Positions 9,292-20,600 of a DNA stretch of 64,000 nucleotides are shown here, piece by piece (position 1 is the stretch's first letter; each line of letters opens with the position of its first letter). Both the position numbers and the translations under genes were made by a program. The notes beneath the pieces were generated by a model, which did no database searches, was not told the origin of the DNA, and worked only from the letters and a program-made list of their open reading frames with translations. The stretch spans positions 6,651 to 70,650 of IMG/VR virus record IMGVR_UViG_3300020112_000486. One strand, given 5' to 3'. Origin of the DNA: a virus. Its lineage: Duplodnaviria; Caudoviricetes.

Positions 9292-9572
9292 TAAAACATA
9301 TTAAGATTAAAGCAAGTGAACTTACAGAGGAGATGGCATCGTCTCCTCTCTTTCCTAGTTTTGTAAGAAAGCAAATTGCTGACATAGCTGAAGCGATAGC
9401 TCGTGATAAGATTGCCATTTCACAGAACCCGTGGATGGACGAGAATAAAGAACTTTGGCTTAATAAATATGAACACATGGAATTGAGCTTTTATTATGAT
9501 GACAGTAATAACAATGACAAGCTGGCCAAAACGAATACACAGAGTGAAGCCAGCGATAGAACGCTTTCTTAA
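9288..9572 (+). CDS. Hypothetical protein
   Basis: 94-aa ORF coupled to the radical SAM gene (ATGA overlap). Confidence 0.45.
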   Translation: MIKHIKIKASELTEEMASSPLFPSFVRKQIADIAEAIARDKIAISQNPWMDENKELWLNKYEHMELSFYYDDSNNNDKLAKTNTQSEASDRTLS

Positions 9573-10854
9573 GCAGCAAACAATTAAGCCAGATTACTTT
9601 TATCTTTGGCTTGCAGAAAGCGAGTTCCCAAACAAAGAAAAGGACTTGCCAGCAACATTGATGCGTTGCTTGATAGACAATAACATTACATTGTGTTGGA
9701 CGCCCAACAATGAATACTGTCATAAGCGCTGGTATGTATACCCACGCCATTTTGATGATCTTGTTATTGCCATTGACGAGGACCAAGTTTATCCTGATGA
9801 TCTGATTAGACTCGTTAAGAATAGAATGAATGATTGCCCAGATACGATTATCACTATTGCCCGCACAGAATACAACAAGTTAACTTTCAATGATTCTTTC
9901 AGGCCGGTAATTGAACCAACTGAAAACTTACACATTGATACGCCGATGTTCTGCGGTCAGTGTGCTTTTCCGCCAGGTACATTTCCACTTGAAGCAGTAA
10001 TGCAAAAGTACCTTGGAATACGAGATGCTTTTACGCCTAAGTGCGATGAATGCTGGCTATTGCCTTGGCTTGTTAGGAATGGCAAATATGATATTACAAC
10101 GGTAACCAAATTAAATGAACTAGATGACGATGACACTGCATTGTATAAAGAACTTCGTGCTGTTAATTTGGAAACATGGAAAGAACCGAAGTGGATTTCT
10201 ATGTACAATGTGCTGAGTAAAATTGCAGCGTTGGATAAATGGCAGAAAATTTTCAAAGGTTACAGAGCCCCTAAGGTCAATGAAAAACGACAGGTTATTC
10301 TTGCTTTAAACTGCGGTTCAAATGATGTTCCTTGGAAGGTAAGGCAAATTATTGACTCAGCATTAAACGGCCTCTATGCGCCTGATAAAGTTATTGTAAA
10401 TCGTCCATTAGTTGATATGCCAGACAAAACTGAAACCATTATGGCTATGTCAATAAATGAAAATTGTGCAAGTAGAATAGCCGATAAGGATGCGATTATT
10501 GTTTCCGTTAGCACCAACTATGCTGAGTTCCGTAAGGATACCATTTCAACATTGCTAAAGACATACTTGAACGGAAACAAGCATGTTGTGTTTGGCGAAG
10601 AATTTAGAAAGTATGAAAACAACGGAAATGTATTCTACTCACCGCGTGTAATGCTTTTTGATAACTCGGCTAACATTGACTTCTATGATGTGCCTTATTT
10701 CAACCCTCATCTTGATACATGCCTGAAGGTTTGTCAAGCATATCATAATGATTTTGCGATAGCACCAACAAGCTTAGATAATGTAACCGAAGAATGGGAG
10801 AATTCTTCACCTGAATTTAAAGGAATGATTGAACATGCATATTTTAACACCTAA
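9496..10854 (+). CDS. Glycosyltransferase-like protein (GT-A fold)
   Basis: ITMTSWPKRI...FYLWLAESEFP...LVIAIDEDQVYP (DxD-type); paralogous N-terminus to 58932. Confidence 0.65.
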   Translation: MMTVITMTSWPKRIHRVKPAIERFLKQQTIKPDYFYLWLAESEFPNKEKDLPATLMRCLIDNNITLCWTPNNEYCHKRWYVYPRHFDDLVIAIDEDQVYPDDLIRLVKNRMNDCPDTIITIARTEYNKLTFNDSFRPVIEPTENLHIDTPMFCGQCAFPPGTFPLEAVMQKYLGIRDAFTPKCDECWLLPWLVRNGKYDITTVTKLNELDDDDTALYKELRAVNLETWKEPKWISMYNVLSKIAALDKWQKIFKGYRAPKVNEKRQVILALNCGSNDVPWKVRQIIDSALNGLYAPDKVIVNRPLVDMPDKTETIMAMSINENCASRIADKDAIIVSVSTNYAEFRKDTISTLLKTYLNGNKHVVFGEEFRKYENNGNVFYSPRVMLFDNSANIDFYDVPYFNPHLDTCLKVCQAYHNDFAIAPTSLDNVTEEWENSSPEFKGMIEHAYFNT

Positions 10855-11803
10855 GATTGATATTCCATATCAGACGAATACCAATGATAAAATTTATGAT
10901 CTTGAAATTTGCTTGCTTATAAAATCAAATAATGAACACGATTTTTTAACATGGCTTGATTGGCATTTTAATTACATCAAGATTGACCATTTATGGATTT
11001 ATGATAATGGTTGCACATTCAATTTACATGAAGCAGTAAAACCGTATAGCGATAAAGTAAGAATTACCAAAGTAGAGGGTACACCGCATCAGGCTGATAT
11101 CTATACTAATCATGTAAGAAACATCAGCAAAGCAAAATTTGTTTTGCCTATAGATGATGATGAATTTATTTTTTCAAATGTTGATTTTAAAACATACCTA
11201 CAAACAATGAACCTGCCAAAATTTGCTTTACGCTCTTTATTGATGGTTCCAAAAGATCCCGTTGAAAAGCGTGGTGATGAAAACATATTTCAGCTATGTG
11301 ACCATTTTGTGTTACAACATTGCCGTGAAAACCGTGAAGTAAAATGCGTGCTAAACACTGAGTATTCTCATTTTTATTTTGATGTAAAACGATATGAAGA
11401 CGCGACTCGACAACCAAATGGATACGCTGATTGGCGTGACGAACAAATTTCGCCTGACGATCAGATAAATGATAAAGAGCATAACATTGATTTTAATTAT
11501 ACACTATGTGGCAATGTTCATAATCCCATTACAACTGATGAAGTCGGAAATCGTATTCCAGCACTTGACATTTATTTAAATGAAGTTCACGGATTTCTTT
11601 CGCCTAATACCAACACACCTGGTGAAATTTTCTTAGCTCACATGAAAGTTCGCACGAAGGAAGAATGGGATTGGAAATGCAATGTAAGAAAAGTAGTTGC
11701 TGATATGCAGCCTGGCTATTATGATTCTCAATACCGTTTATATGATGATATTTATAAAGCAGAACGCCAGAAATTTACTGGGTTTTTAGAGCTGTATAAA
11801 TAA
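10829..11803 (+). CDS. Glycosyltransferase (GT92/GT2-like)
   Basis: ICLLIKSNNEHDFLTWLDWH...LWIYDNG...FVLPIDDDEFI. Confidence 0.75.
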   Translation: MNMHILTPKIDIPYQTNTNDKIYDLEICLLIKSNNEHDFLTWLDWHFNYIKIDHLWIYDNGCTFNLHEAVKPYSDKVRITKVEGTPHQADIYTNHVRNISKAKFVLPIDDDEFIFSNVDFKTYLQTMNLPKFALRSLLMVPKDPVEKRGDENIFQLCDHFVLQHCRENREVKCVLNTEYSHFYFDVKRYEDATRQPNGYADWRDEQISPDDQINDKEHNIDFNYTLCGNVHNPITTDEVGNRIPALDIYLNEVHGFLSPNTNTPGEIFLAHMKVRTKEEWDWKCNVRKVVADMQPGYYDSQYRLYDDIYKAERQKFTGFLELYK

Positions 11804-11806
11804 TAT

Positions 11807-12157
11807 ATGATAAACGAATTTAGTATATTTGGCAAAAAGAAGAATCAGGCAATTCCTATTAAACGCATCAAGGAATTGTTTAGCCAGTTTGGTTTTATCG
11901 TTTTTCAGGTTGATGACTATACTGGCTTTTTGTCAAGACCGCCTTATGATATTCGTTTTGCTCCAGTTGAATATAAAGACAAAATTGGAACTCGCTTAAC
12001 ATATAAGATCGGCAATAGCGTTCAGGAAGATTCTATATACTTCAATGAACACGACATTTTAGAGTTCTTGTATCAAAACAGTAATACCATACGCCGTGGT
12101 CATAAAGTTTTGGAAGATACATTCCAAGAAGATTTGTTGAGGTTCTTGCATGAGTAA
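11807..12157 (+). CDS. Hypothetical protein
   Basis: 116-aa ORF after a TATAAATA motif. Confidence 0.55.
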   Translation: MINEFSIFGKKKNQAIPIKRIKELFSQFGFIVFQVDDYTGFLSRPPYDIRFAPVEYKDKIGTRLTYKIGNSVQEDSIYFNEHDILEFLYQNSNTIRRGHKVLEDTFQEDLLRFLHE

Positions 12158-13460
12158 TTGGAAACAAGAAGGATATGATCCGTCGCAGCATGGCTGGCAC
12201 AAAGGCGAAATAGACGGTTTGCCTCGTGGCGGTTATGCAAAGAATTATTTCTTCGCAGATACATTCCGTTGTGTTGATACGGCCTTTGGTAATTTCTTCA
12301 ACAACATGCATATTTACCACTTTACCAAAGAAGGCGAACCTAAGAAGGAAATTGAAATTCCTATCAAGTATGGTCCAAGAACAAAAGCATTTGATTACCG
12401 TACTGAAAAGGAAACTGGTAAAAAGTATTATGTTCAGTTGCCTAACATCACATATCAGCAGACTGGTGCTCAATGGTCAGCTGAGCGTGCTGCAGGTCAG
12501 CGTGAAGTAAGAACATTCTATGCACAATTCTTTGACAAGAATGGCGTTGACTATACAATGCAGGAAAAATTCTGGAAAGATATTCAGCCAGTTCCGTATG
12601 ACATTACTTATGAGTTAGTTGGTCATTTTGAATTTCTAGATGACGCCAATCAATTCAGTGAACAGATCCTTGCTCGCTTTAGCCCGGAATGCTATTTGAA
12701 TGTTAAGGAATTTTGGTTCGCAAATATCCGTCGTTCATTGAAGATGAAACTTGAATCATATTCTCGTGAAGCAAACGTTGACTATCAAGAAGAAGAAAAA
12801 AGAGAAATCACTGTTACATTTGCATTCACCGTTGAAGCGATGTTCTATAAGCCTATTGAAGTTGGCTACATCATTGACCAAATCGTAACTACATTGAGGG
12901 TAAACAAAGGTGGTACAGATCATGCCTGGCAGTTTGGTATTAGCGGCAACTATGATGGTTCATTTGATAACCGACATAATTTCAAGGAAATATATGGGAC
13001 AAAGATTGGTCGTGTTTCAGCAGTAAAACCTGAGAGCACCATTCCTGACTATACATATAAAGGTAATGTTGCCCAGTCATGGTCGGCTAGATATGAATAT
13101 GAAGAATACGCTGACATTACGAATTATCCGTTTGGTGCTAAACAGTTCTATGGCATAAGTGCAGTTCGTGATGATGATAAGAGCATTTATAATTCATTAC
13201 TGAACGCAGATGGTTCACCTATAAACGCTGCTTGTTCAGCTATTGTTGCTCCAGAAGATAAAGACTTTACTTTCTGGCACGATGTCAGCTGGTCAAACTG
13301 CTATACAACCATCAAGACATACAAAGACCTATCTGGTTATGGCGATTTTACTTCCTCAACTGTTTTCCGCGCTGGTACAAAGGATGCCGACCTTGGCACA
13401 AGAGTTGTCAAAGATGCTCCGTATATTACTTCTGCCGGTATTTTACACGAGGATAAATAA
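12150..13460 (+). CDS. gp15: Tail completion / sheath stabilizer (T4 gp15-like) with C-terminal extension
   Basis: FGNFFNNM...IPIKYGPRTK...LPNITY...PVPYDITYEL...DDANQFSEQILARFSP. Confidence 0.8.
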   Translation: MSNWKQEGYDPSQHGWHKGEIDGLPRGGYAKNYFFADTFRCVDTAFGNFFNNMHIYHFTKEGEPKKEIEIPIKYGPRTKAFDYRTEKETGKKYYVQLPNITYQQTGAQWSAERAAGQREVRTFYAQFFDKNGVDYTMQEKFWKDIQPVPYDITYELVGHFEFLDDANQFSEQILARFSPECYLNVKEFWFANIRRSLKMKLESYSREANVDYQEEEKREITVTFAFTVEAMFYKPIEVGYIIDQIVTTLRVNKGGTDHAWQFGISGNYDGSFDNRHNFKEIYGTKIGRVSAVKPESTIPDYTYKGNVAQSWSARYEYEEYADITNYPFGAKQFYGISAVRDDDKSIYNSLLNADGSPINAACSAIVAPEDKDFTFWHDVSWSNCYTTIKTYKDLSGYGDFTSSTVFRAGTKDADLGTRVVKDAPYITSAGILHEDK

Positions 13461-13492
13461 ATAAATTAGGAGTTAATTTTTAGGAGATTTTC

Positions 13493-14011
13493 ATGAAGTA
13501 TAAGAAGTTGAACGAATGTGGTGTTAACCGCGACCAACTAGAGGACGCTATTGACACTTACATGGATCATTCTGATAAGTATGATGTTCCGTTTAGCCAC
13601 GCTGATATGCTAAAGTTTGTTGCTGAACAGCTCGGTCTTGATGAGGACACAGTTGACAATGAATTTGGTAAGATCATTGATGCAGCCGTCAATTTTGATG
13701 AAGATGCTTACATCAATGCTTGCGATGCTAAATTCCGCGAACAGGAACTAAAAGATTCTTTCATGGATTTTGTCCACAAGAAGCTTGCTCGTATGAACGA
13801 AGCTAAGGGACTTGATAAGGCTGAACTTATGAAGGATCCAGGCCTCGCTGCTTACCGCAAAACACAAGCATATCGTGCCTCTGACCAGGAAGGCAAATAC
13901 CGTATGTTATGGCGCTATATTGTCAGCGAACATAGTGCTAAAGTAAAATCTGAAGATGAACTTGCTGATGTATGCATGGAAATTGCCATGTACGACGAAC
14001 AACAGTTCTAA
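13493..14011 (+). CDS. Hypothetical protein, possible internal head protein
   Basis: Late promoter and SD upstream; KKLNE and RMNEA candidate protease sites. Confidence 0.55.
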   Translation: MKYKKLNECGVNRDQLEDAIDTYMDHSDKYDVPFSHADMLKFVAEQLGLDEDTVDNEFGKIIDAAVNFDEDAYINACDAKFREQELKDSFMDFVHKKLARMNEAKGLDKAELMKDPGLAAYRKTQAYRASDQEGKYRMLWRYIVSEHSAKVKSEDELADVCMEIAMYDEQQF

Positions 14012-14035
14012 TAAATAAAAGAAAGGAGATTTAAC

Positions 14036-14443
14036 ATGAGTTTTAAGACATGGCTTCATAACGATTACAAGGCAATGAACGAAGAAGTGGACCAGGGTCC
14101 ACTCGACGTTGAAGCTGCAGTTGACCAGCAGGCTACCGCAGCCGAAACAAATAAGCAGGGCGCAGCACCTTCCAAGTTTGGTGAATATCTTGTTGCTCAG
14201 GATTTGACTGAACATCTAGCAAAGCTTGGTTCCGATGTTGGTGACGCTGTTTTGAACTTCGCTACAAAGACATTCGTTAAGCCGGAAATGTTTGATAGCA
14301 AGGACGCTTATGATAAGTATATCAATGCTATGAATCAGAAGATTGGCCTTGACTATAAAAAGAAGATGATTGAAGTTTTGAGCAATGCTGGTGTCTTCAT
14401 TGAAAACACTAAGCGTTCTCTTGGTAAGAAATCTTCTACCTAA
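14036..14443 (+). CDS. Hypothetical protein with T4 CTS-like N-terminus
   Basis: MSFKTWLHNDYKAMNEE; late promoter, AAGGAG SD, terminator downstream. Confidence 0.55.
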   Translation: MSFKTWLHNDYKAMNEEVDQGPLDVEAAVDQQATAAETNKQGAAPSKFGEYLVAQDLTEHLAKLGSDVGDAVLNFATKTFVKPEMFDSKDAYDKYINAMNQKIGLDYKKKMIEVLSNAGVFIENTKRSLGKKSST

Positions 14444-14474
14444 GATTTTGCTTCTTAACTAATCAACTCCTTGG

Positions 14475-14503
14475 AAGACCGAGCAAATGCTCGGTCTTTT
14501 TTC
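14475..14503 (+). terminator. Intrinsic terminator
   Basis: AAGACCGAGC-AAAT-GCTCGGTCTT then T-run. Confidence 0.85.
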
Positions 14504-14531
14504 ATTGGATAAATATATTGGAGGATGATTT

Positions 14532-15032
14532 ATGATTAAAACCATTTACTTAGATATGGACGGCGTTTTGGCTGATTTTGAGAAAGGCTGCAAAGACGGC
14601 GGTATTATGGGTGACAATGGTAGACCCATTTGGCCTAAGCTTTTTAAAGCAGGCCCTGACTTTTGGGCTAACCTAGCATGGATGCCAGGTGCACAAACCT
14701 TCTATACATGGCTAAACAAGTTCTGTAAAGACAATAAGATTGACCTGTGCATTCTAAGTGCAGCTGGTAAAACAGGTTGGAAGGCTGCTGATACTGGTAA
14801 AAAGGATTGGTTGGCTAAGAACTGTCCTGATATTCCACAACAGAACATTTATATCGTTCAGACCGGCGATGGCGTATCTGCCGCTGAAAAGAAAGCAAAG
14901 CATGCAAAAGACAATGCACTGCTAATTGATGATTTTGGTAAGAACATCAATGCTTTCATTATGGCTGGTGGTCAGGCTATCAAATACGAAGATCCTAAAA
15001 AGGTAAGAGACGCTATCTTGGAGCTTGTATAA
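14532..15032 (+). CDS. HAD-family 5'(3')-deoxyribonucleotidase
   Basis: IYLDMDGVLADF, LSAAG, ALLIDD. Confidence 0.85.
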   Translation: MIKTIYLDMDGVLADFEKGCKDGGIMGDNGRPIWPKLFKAGPDFWANLAWMPGAQTFYTWLNKFCKDNKIDLCILSAAGKTGWKAADTGKKDWLAKNCPDIPQQNIYIVQTGDGVSAAEKKAKHAKDNALLIDDFGKNINAFIMAGGQAIKYEDPKKVRDAILELV

Positions 15033-15883
15033 TGACAGACTTTGCCTCAGAATTTGCTCGTGTATTTGGTAACGGCTGCGATGTCAAGAATACTGACTGG
15101 AACGGCAAGCGTTATTTTGATAGTCTTAATAATCCTGACTATGAAGCTGAACATGCACTAGCACAATCGCTTACTTCTGAGGCTTATATGCAGTCAGGTT
15201 TTAGCGTCCAGTATTTTATCAAGAAGAACTCGGTTGACCGCGATAAACTGTATGGTGAAGACGCTTTAGAAAACTTTGAAAGACGCTTTAAGCTACAGGT
15301 ATATGCCGACAGCGTGCCTGCTTTGCAGAAAATGTATCAACTGCAGGGTATGATCTATACTGAAATCGTTACAGTACAAGCAACCATCATGCATTTTGAA
15401 GAAGCGTCAACTGTTGACTTTGTTACTGGCGAAGCATCATGGCCGGCTGCTGTACCTGCTATTGGCGATGTAATGTATTTTCCTTGGTGCGACCTTTACT
15501 ATGAAGTTTTGAATGTAAAGGAATTTGCTGAAGGTACGGCATTCCTATCAAAGCCAATTACATATACATTCAGCTTGCGTGTTTGGCGTAATTCACATGA
15601 AGATGTTGATATTGCTAAAGCCAATGATGATAAGATGGAACACCTACGCAGCTATGTTGAACTGTCTGAAGTATTTGATATGAATCACAAGACTTCACCT
15701 ACTGAACATGAAAATGAAAGCCTTGGCATTGCTGAGGATATTCCATTACCTACTTCAAAGGTAAAAGCAGATGGCGATGTTTTGGCCATCAATCGTAAGC
15801 TAGAAAATGATACCAATTCACAAGTACTTTGGGAAGACCGCACTAAAGGCAAGCCGTCTGTTGACCCTTGGGCTGGCTGGTAA
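15032..15883 (+). CDS. gp14: Neck / head-closure protein (T4 gp14-like)
   Basis: SEAYMQSGFSVQYF...DKLYGEDALENF...IGDVMYFPW.DLYYEVLNV. Confidence 0.75.
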   Translation: MTDFASEFARVFGNGCDVKNTDWNGKRYFDSLNNPDYEAEHALAQSLTSEAYMQSGFSVQYFIKKNSVDRDKLYGEDALENFERRFKLQVYADSVPALQKMYQLQGMIYTEIVTVQATIMHFEEASTVDFVTGEASWPAAVPAIGDVMYFPWCDLYYEVLNVKEFAEGTAFLSKPITYTFSLRVWRNSHEDVDIAKANDDKMEHLRSYVELSEVFDMNHKTSPTEHENESLGIAEDIPLPTSKVKADGDVLAINRKLENDTNSQVLWEDRTKGKPSVDPWAGW

Positions 15884-15909
15884 TAAATAAATCAAAGAGG
15901 ATTTTTGTT

Positions 15910-17493
15910 ATGGCAACGAATAACATTAGAAATAAACTATTTGATAATGCAGTGGACTTAGCTGATGAAGACGGCTATATTGATGAAGTTGACCTTACCG
16001 TTCAACCGTGGAACAGAACAACGGTTGCTGATGGCCAATGGTTAAATGACCATGCCATTAAACCACTAAGCTCACGCGATTTGTTTCTAGCCGACTGCAT
16101 TGACGCAGCAAATTTACAAATTGAAACAATTTCAGCAAACCTTGCTTCTATTGGCGTTGGCGGAGCTGGTAGTGGATCATCTGGAACAAACGGTATAGTT
16201 GCTGGTAAGCTGGGAAGATCAAACGCAACATTCTCAGATAACAGCGATAACATGAGTGAAAAGAGTGTTGCTCGTGTTCCAGGAGGTCTTGCTGACACCA
16301 TTCAGCCGGCATATTCATTGCAGTATTTTGGTTTTGGCCCGCAGGCACGAGGTGCTGAAAAGTTAACAGGTTCAATTACGCAGAACAAAAACGCGATCAT
16401 TCAAGCAAACATGAATACAGGAATCGCTAGTCAGATTGCATTAACACCTAGCGGCATGTATTATCGTGGCATTGAATCCTTATCGCCGAACAACTATGAA
16501 GTACTAGAACCAAAAGATTTCTTACAAGTAATGATGAGCCCAGTTTTAACAGCTGATAAATCTGGTGTCATTACTTATAGTACAGACACAAATACATTTA
16601 ACATAGCTGCTTTGCCTGATGCTACAACAGCGGTAACTGGTGTTACAGGAAATCATCTTACATTAACTGAAAATAAAGTATGTTTTGCATCTGCTTTTGC
16701 CAGCGACAAATTATATTTTGTGTGTGAGTCCGGATTTAAGGAATATACAGCACCACAGCCGCAGTTAAAAACGGATGGTGGTCTTACTGCCGATGATCAA
16801 GGCAAACTTCAGCTCGCTATGCCACGGAATGGTGGAATGTTTGCTTTTAACTATAATAGTAACAGTAATACGATCACGCCTACATTATTTTCTCTGCCAA
16901 CATATGATACGGCAGATGATTGCTCACTTACAGCAAATACTCAAGGTAACTGGGTTGTTAACCGCGGCACGTATTTAACACTTGATACTACCGATAAAAA
17001 CCTTACTATAGATGTTACTGCATTAGCAGCTGGCATGAAATCTTATTTAGATATACCATCCTTCGCTTCTTCCGCTGCGATCCAGCCGACTGCAGCCAAT
17101 TCTAACGTATACGAACTGAAGTATATGTCAGGTCATTTTAAGACCGCTAATAATGAATTTCAGCTTAACCTAAAGAACAATGGCGGTATCATATCCGATA
17201 ACGGTTTATGTCTTTCACTATCAGGATTGTCTGCATTTAGCGCAGATGAAGTTAGCTCATTTACATATAATGGTTATATTGCTACTAAGGCTGGTACAAT
17301 TACACCATTTATTACTGTGAAAAACCCAGCAAACGAAGATCCTAATCAAGGAAGACTAGGCGTAAATGTTAATTTCCTTCTACATGGTTTTACTGTTAAG
17401 GATAATTCATCATTAGCTACAGTAATAGCCAATTTTGATCGACGCATCGCTGCACTGGAAGCAGCGAATAACGTAACGGATAATAACCAATAA
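15910..17493 (+). CDS. Putative virion structural / fibre protein
   Basis: T/S/N/G-rich, short repeats (LKTDGGLTAD, LKNNGGIISD), C-terminal RRIAALE coil; late promoter upstream. Confidence 0.5.
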   Translation: MATNNIRNKLFDNAVDLADEDGYIDEVDLTVQPWNRTTVADGQWLNDHAIKPLSSRDLFLADCIDAANLQIETISANLASIGVGGAGSGSSGTNGIVAGKLGRSNATFSDNSDNMSEKSVARVPGGLADTIQPAYSLQYFGFGPQARGAEKLTGSITQNKNAIIQANMNTGIASQIALTPSGMYYRGIESLSPNNYEVLEPKDFLQVMMSPVLTADKSGVITYSTDTNTFNIAALPDATTAVTGVTGNHLTLTENKVCFASAFASDKLYFVCESGFKEYTAPQPQLKTDGGLTADDQGKLQLAMPRNGGMFAFNYNSNSNTITPTLFSLPTYDTADDCSLTANTQGNWVVNRGTYLTLDTTDKNLTIDVTALAAGMKSYLDIPSFASSAAIQPTAANSNVYELKYMSGHFKTANNEFQLNLKNNGGIISDNGLCLSLSGLSAFSADEVSSFTYNGYIATKAGTITPFITVKNPANEDPNQGRLGVNVNFLLHGFTVKDNSSLATVIANFDRRIAALEAANNVTDNNQ

Positions 17494-17505
17494 TTTAATT
17501 CAAAT

Positions 17506-17533
17506 AAGACGGCGTTTCTACGCCGTCTTTTTG
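17506..17533 (+). terminator. Intrinsic terminator
   Basis: AAGACGGCGT-TTCT-ACGCCGTCTT + T-run. Confidence 0.85.
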
Positions 17534-17623
17534 TGTTTGCATTCTAATAAATAAAATAAATTAGTTCAAAAAATGTGAGTGAGTGATTTTATTAGATGTT
17601 TAATTTGCTAAAAGAGGTATTTT

Positions 17624-20600
17624 ATGGCAAAGTATTCAGTTCCGGGAATTAGATTCACCGAGATTGATAATTCTGTCCGTACCAACGCCGAACCAGGCCT
17701 TGGTATTGGTGCTATCGTCATGAAGTCCAATAAGGGCCCTGTTAACCAGCGCATTATGACTTCCTCTTACGATGAATTTACAAGAATTTTTGGCCAGCCT
17801 GAAGAATTGACTGACTATGGTCACTTCGCTGCTGAAAATTATCTTACTAACTCAAATCAGCTTTTCGCTATCCGTGCTACAATGGGTGATGAACAGTACG
17901 CACAGATTCAGTATCCTTATACTGATGCTGAAGCAGACTATCGTTATCAGTCACAGGATGTAGCTCAGTTCAAGTATATCAGCAACGAAGATGCATCTGA
18001 TCTCGTTTTGCTTGACCCACTTGATGGTTCTGACCCAGTCGCCGACTTGCATACATTCACTGGTAGCAATGAATATACTGCACCTAACGCTGACAGACAT
18101 TTTTATCTTAATCAAAAAGCTCAGTTCTGCACTATTAAAGATTTGATTACAGACGCTGCTCCAGCTATTGCCGTGTTCAAGACAGTTGGTGATGGTACTC
18201 AGTCTATGACTGATATTGCTCCGGTCTCAGCAGGCGCTGGTGTTTATGTTGAATATGCACAGAACGTTGCTAAAGACGGCACAATCACTAAGAAATATGA
18301 TGACCTTATTTTTAAGAAAAGCGTTTGGGACGATACATCTAAAAAGATTGCAGCAAATCAGTGCATTATTCCTACAACTGCTTATGTTGAAACCGATCCA
18401 CAGGGCGTTGAAGTAAAGGGATATAAGGTACAGTTCACAGTTCCTTCTGCTGATACATTGGACGAACACAATGTAGCAGTTACCTGTTGGCTTACTGATT
18501 CCTGCGTTGTTGATCTTTCAGCTGGTAACCTATCATACGCTGAAGTATTTAGAAATAGCAACTTCTATAAAGGTAAGCTTGATACTTCCGCTCTTGGTTT
18601 CTGTGAAGATCCAGCCCCTGCTACAAAACTTGAATTCTTAGACTGGGATGATATGAATACCAAAACTTATTATGTTAAGAACGACGAAATCGCAAACACA
18701 GTTGGCCAGGCTGCTGCTATCGCATACCGTGAATATGGCATGGCTGATACAGCTGAAGCACTTGTGATGGCTGATGAAGGCCACTATAAGTTGAATGTCA
18801 GAAAGATCCCTGATGTTGTTCGTCAAGAAGAAAAACTCAGCCCTGAAGGTGTTGTTATTGAAGAAGATGGCCGTAAGTTCATGACTCGTATTGCATCTGA
18901 ATATGGTCTTGAATTGGCTGACATCAATAACGATAAGTACTCATTGCTTGAATACTGCGACGTATGGAGCGGTAAGCTAAATGATACTAGCGATACGGAA
19001 CAAAAGGCATACGCTGATGAAATCCGTTGCTACAAGATCATCTATAGCGATTCTATGGACGGATATTTTAGCGATCCTACTAAGTACAATGAAAACTTGT
19101 TCTGGATCATCTCTAAGAAGGATTCTCGTAAGGCACAGGCCTTGTCTGTTTACACAGCAGCTTTGCCTGATCTCGTAACCGTTCCATGGCAGGACGGCAT
19201 GATTAACGATCATGCATCTGATGCAAACAAAACCGCAATTACAAAGATGATTGCTTACCCAACATCTGAAGTATTGAACGGCACAAACGGCACATACAAA
19301 GACGGTTACACTATGACTATGGAATCTGATGAAGAACCTGGTAACGGTGACGTTGAACAGTATGTTTCAAATAAACAGAATCAGTTGATTATTACATCTA
19401 TTGGTCCTGGTAAATACGGTAATGATATTGGCGTTAGCATTATCACTACTGAATGTGCTGATGTACCTGCACTCAACCATCAGAACGCTTTCTGCTGGAA
19501 GTACAAATACGATGACGAAGATCTCGTAAATGCTGATGATCCGTCTGTTGACTTCACATGGAAGAAGGTTTACCGTATCAATGTTTACGCTAAGCTCAAG
19601 ACACAGACTGCTGAAGCTGCTTGGGGTACTGGTATGGACGCATTGCTTAAGGATCCTGTTGAATCCTGGTTCGTTTCTAACGATCCTCAGGCTAAGGATG
19701 GTGAAGGCAATAGCTTGTACGCACCGAACGTTATCAACGGTCATTCTGAATACATCTATGTTAGCCGTGCATCAGTAACTGATGCAATGACAGGCAATGG
19801 TCAGTACGCTCAACCTGTTCAGACATACGCTATCTATGGTTTGACTGGTGGTACAAACTCTAAGAAGAACAATATCGCTGAAAAGACTGCTGCATTGAAG
19901 CTCTATGCTGACCGTCAGAAGTCTGATTTTGATATCTTGTTCAACGTTGAAGCTATTGATACATTCAATGGTAAACAGCGCTATGCATCTCATCAGCGCA
20001 AGATTGCTGAAATCGCTGCTGCAAGAACAATGGACATCGGCGTTGTTCAGCTTACATCTAAGGAATCTAAGACTGTTAAGCGTCAGTTGAGTGAAGGTAA
20101 GGGATTCTCCTTCAACAATGGTTCTTATGTGGCACCATACGCTGGCTATGATAAGTACTATAACAGCGTGCTTGCATCATGGATTTACTTGCCGAAGTCA
20201 ATCGCTGGTGCTTGCGCTATGGCAAACTGCGATATGCGTTATTATCCGTGGATGGCACCGGCTGGTGTTCAGCGCGGTACTATCACATATACCAGCAACC
20301 AGCTTGCTCGTTTGAGCGATGATGAAATTGGTCAGTTGTACGACAACAACATCAATACATCTCGTCTCTGCGGTGCTTACGGTGAAGTTCTTTGGGGTCA
20401 GAAAACTGCTCTTAAGAAGGAATCCGCTTTGAACCGTATCAACGTTCGCCGTTGCATGAACTACATTGAAAAGCAGCTTGAACAGATGATGACACCGTAC
20501 TTATTCCAGCAGAACACAGCAAATACTCGTGCATCTGCTAAGAACTCTATTGATTCCTTCTTGAGCCGCGTCAAGGCTGCTGAAGGTGTCATTGATTACG

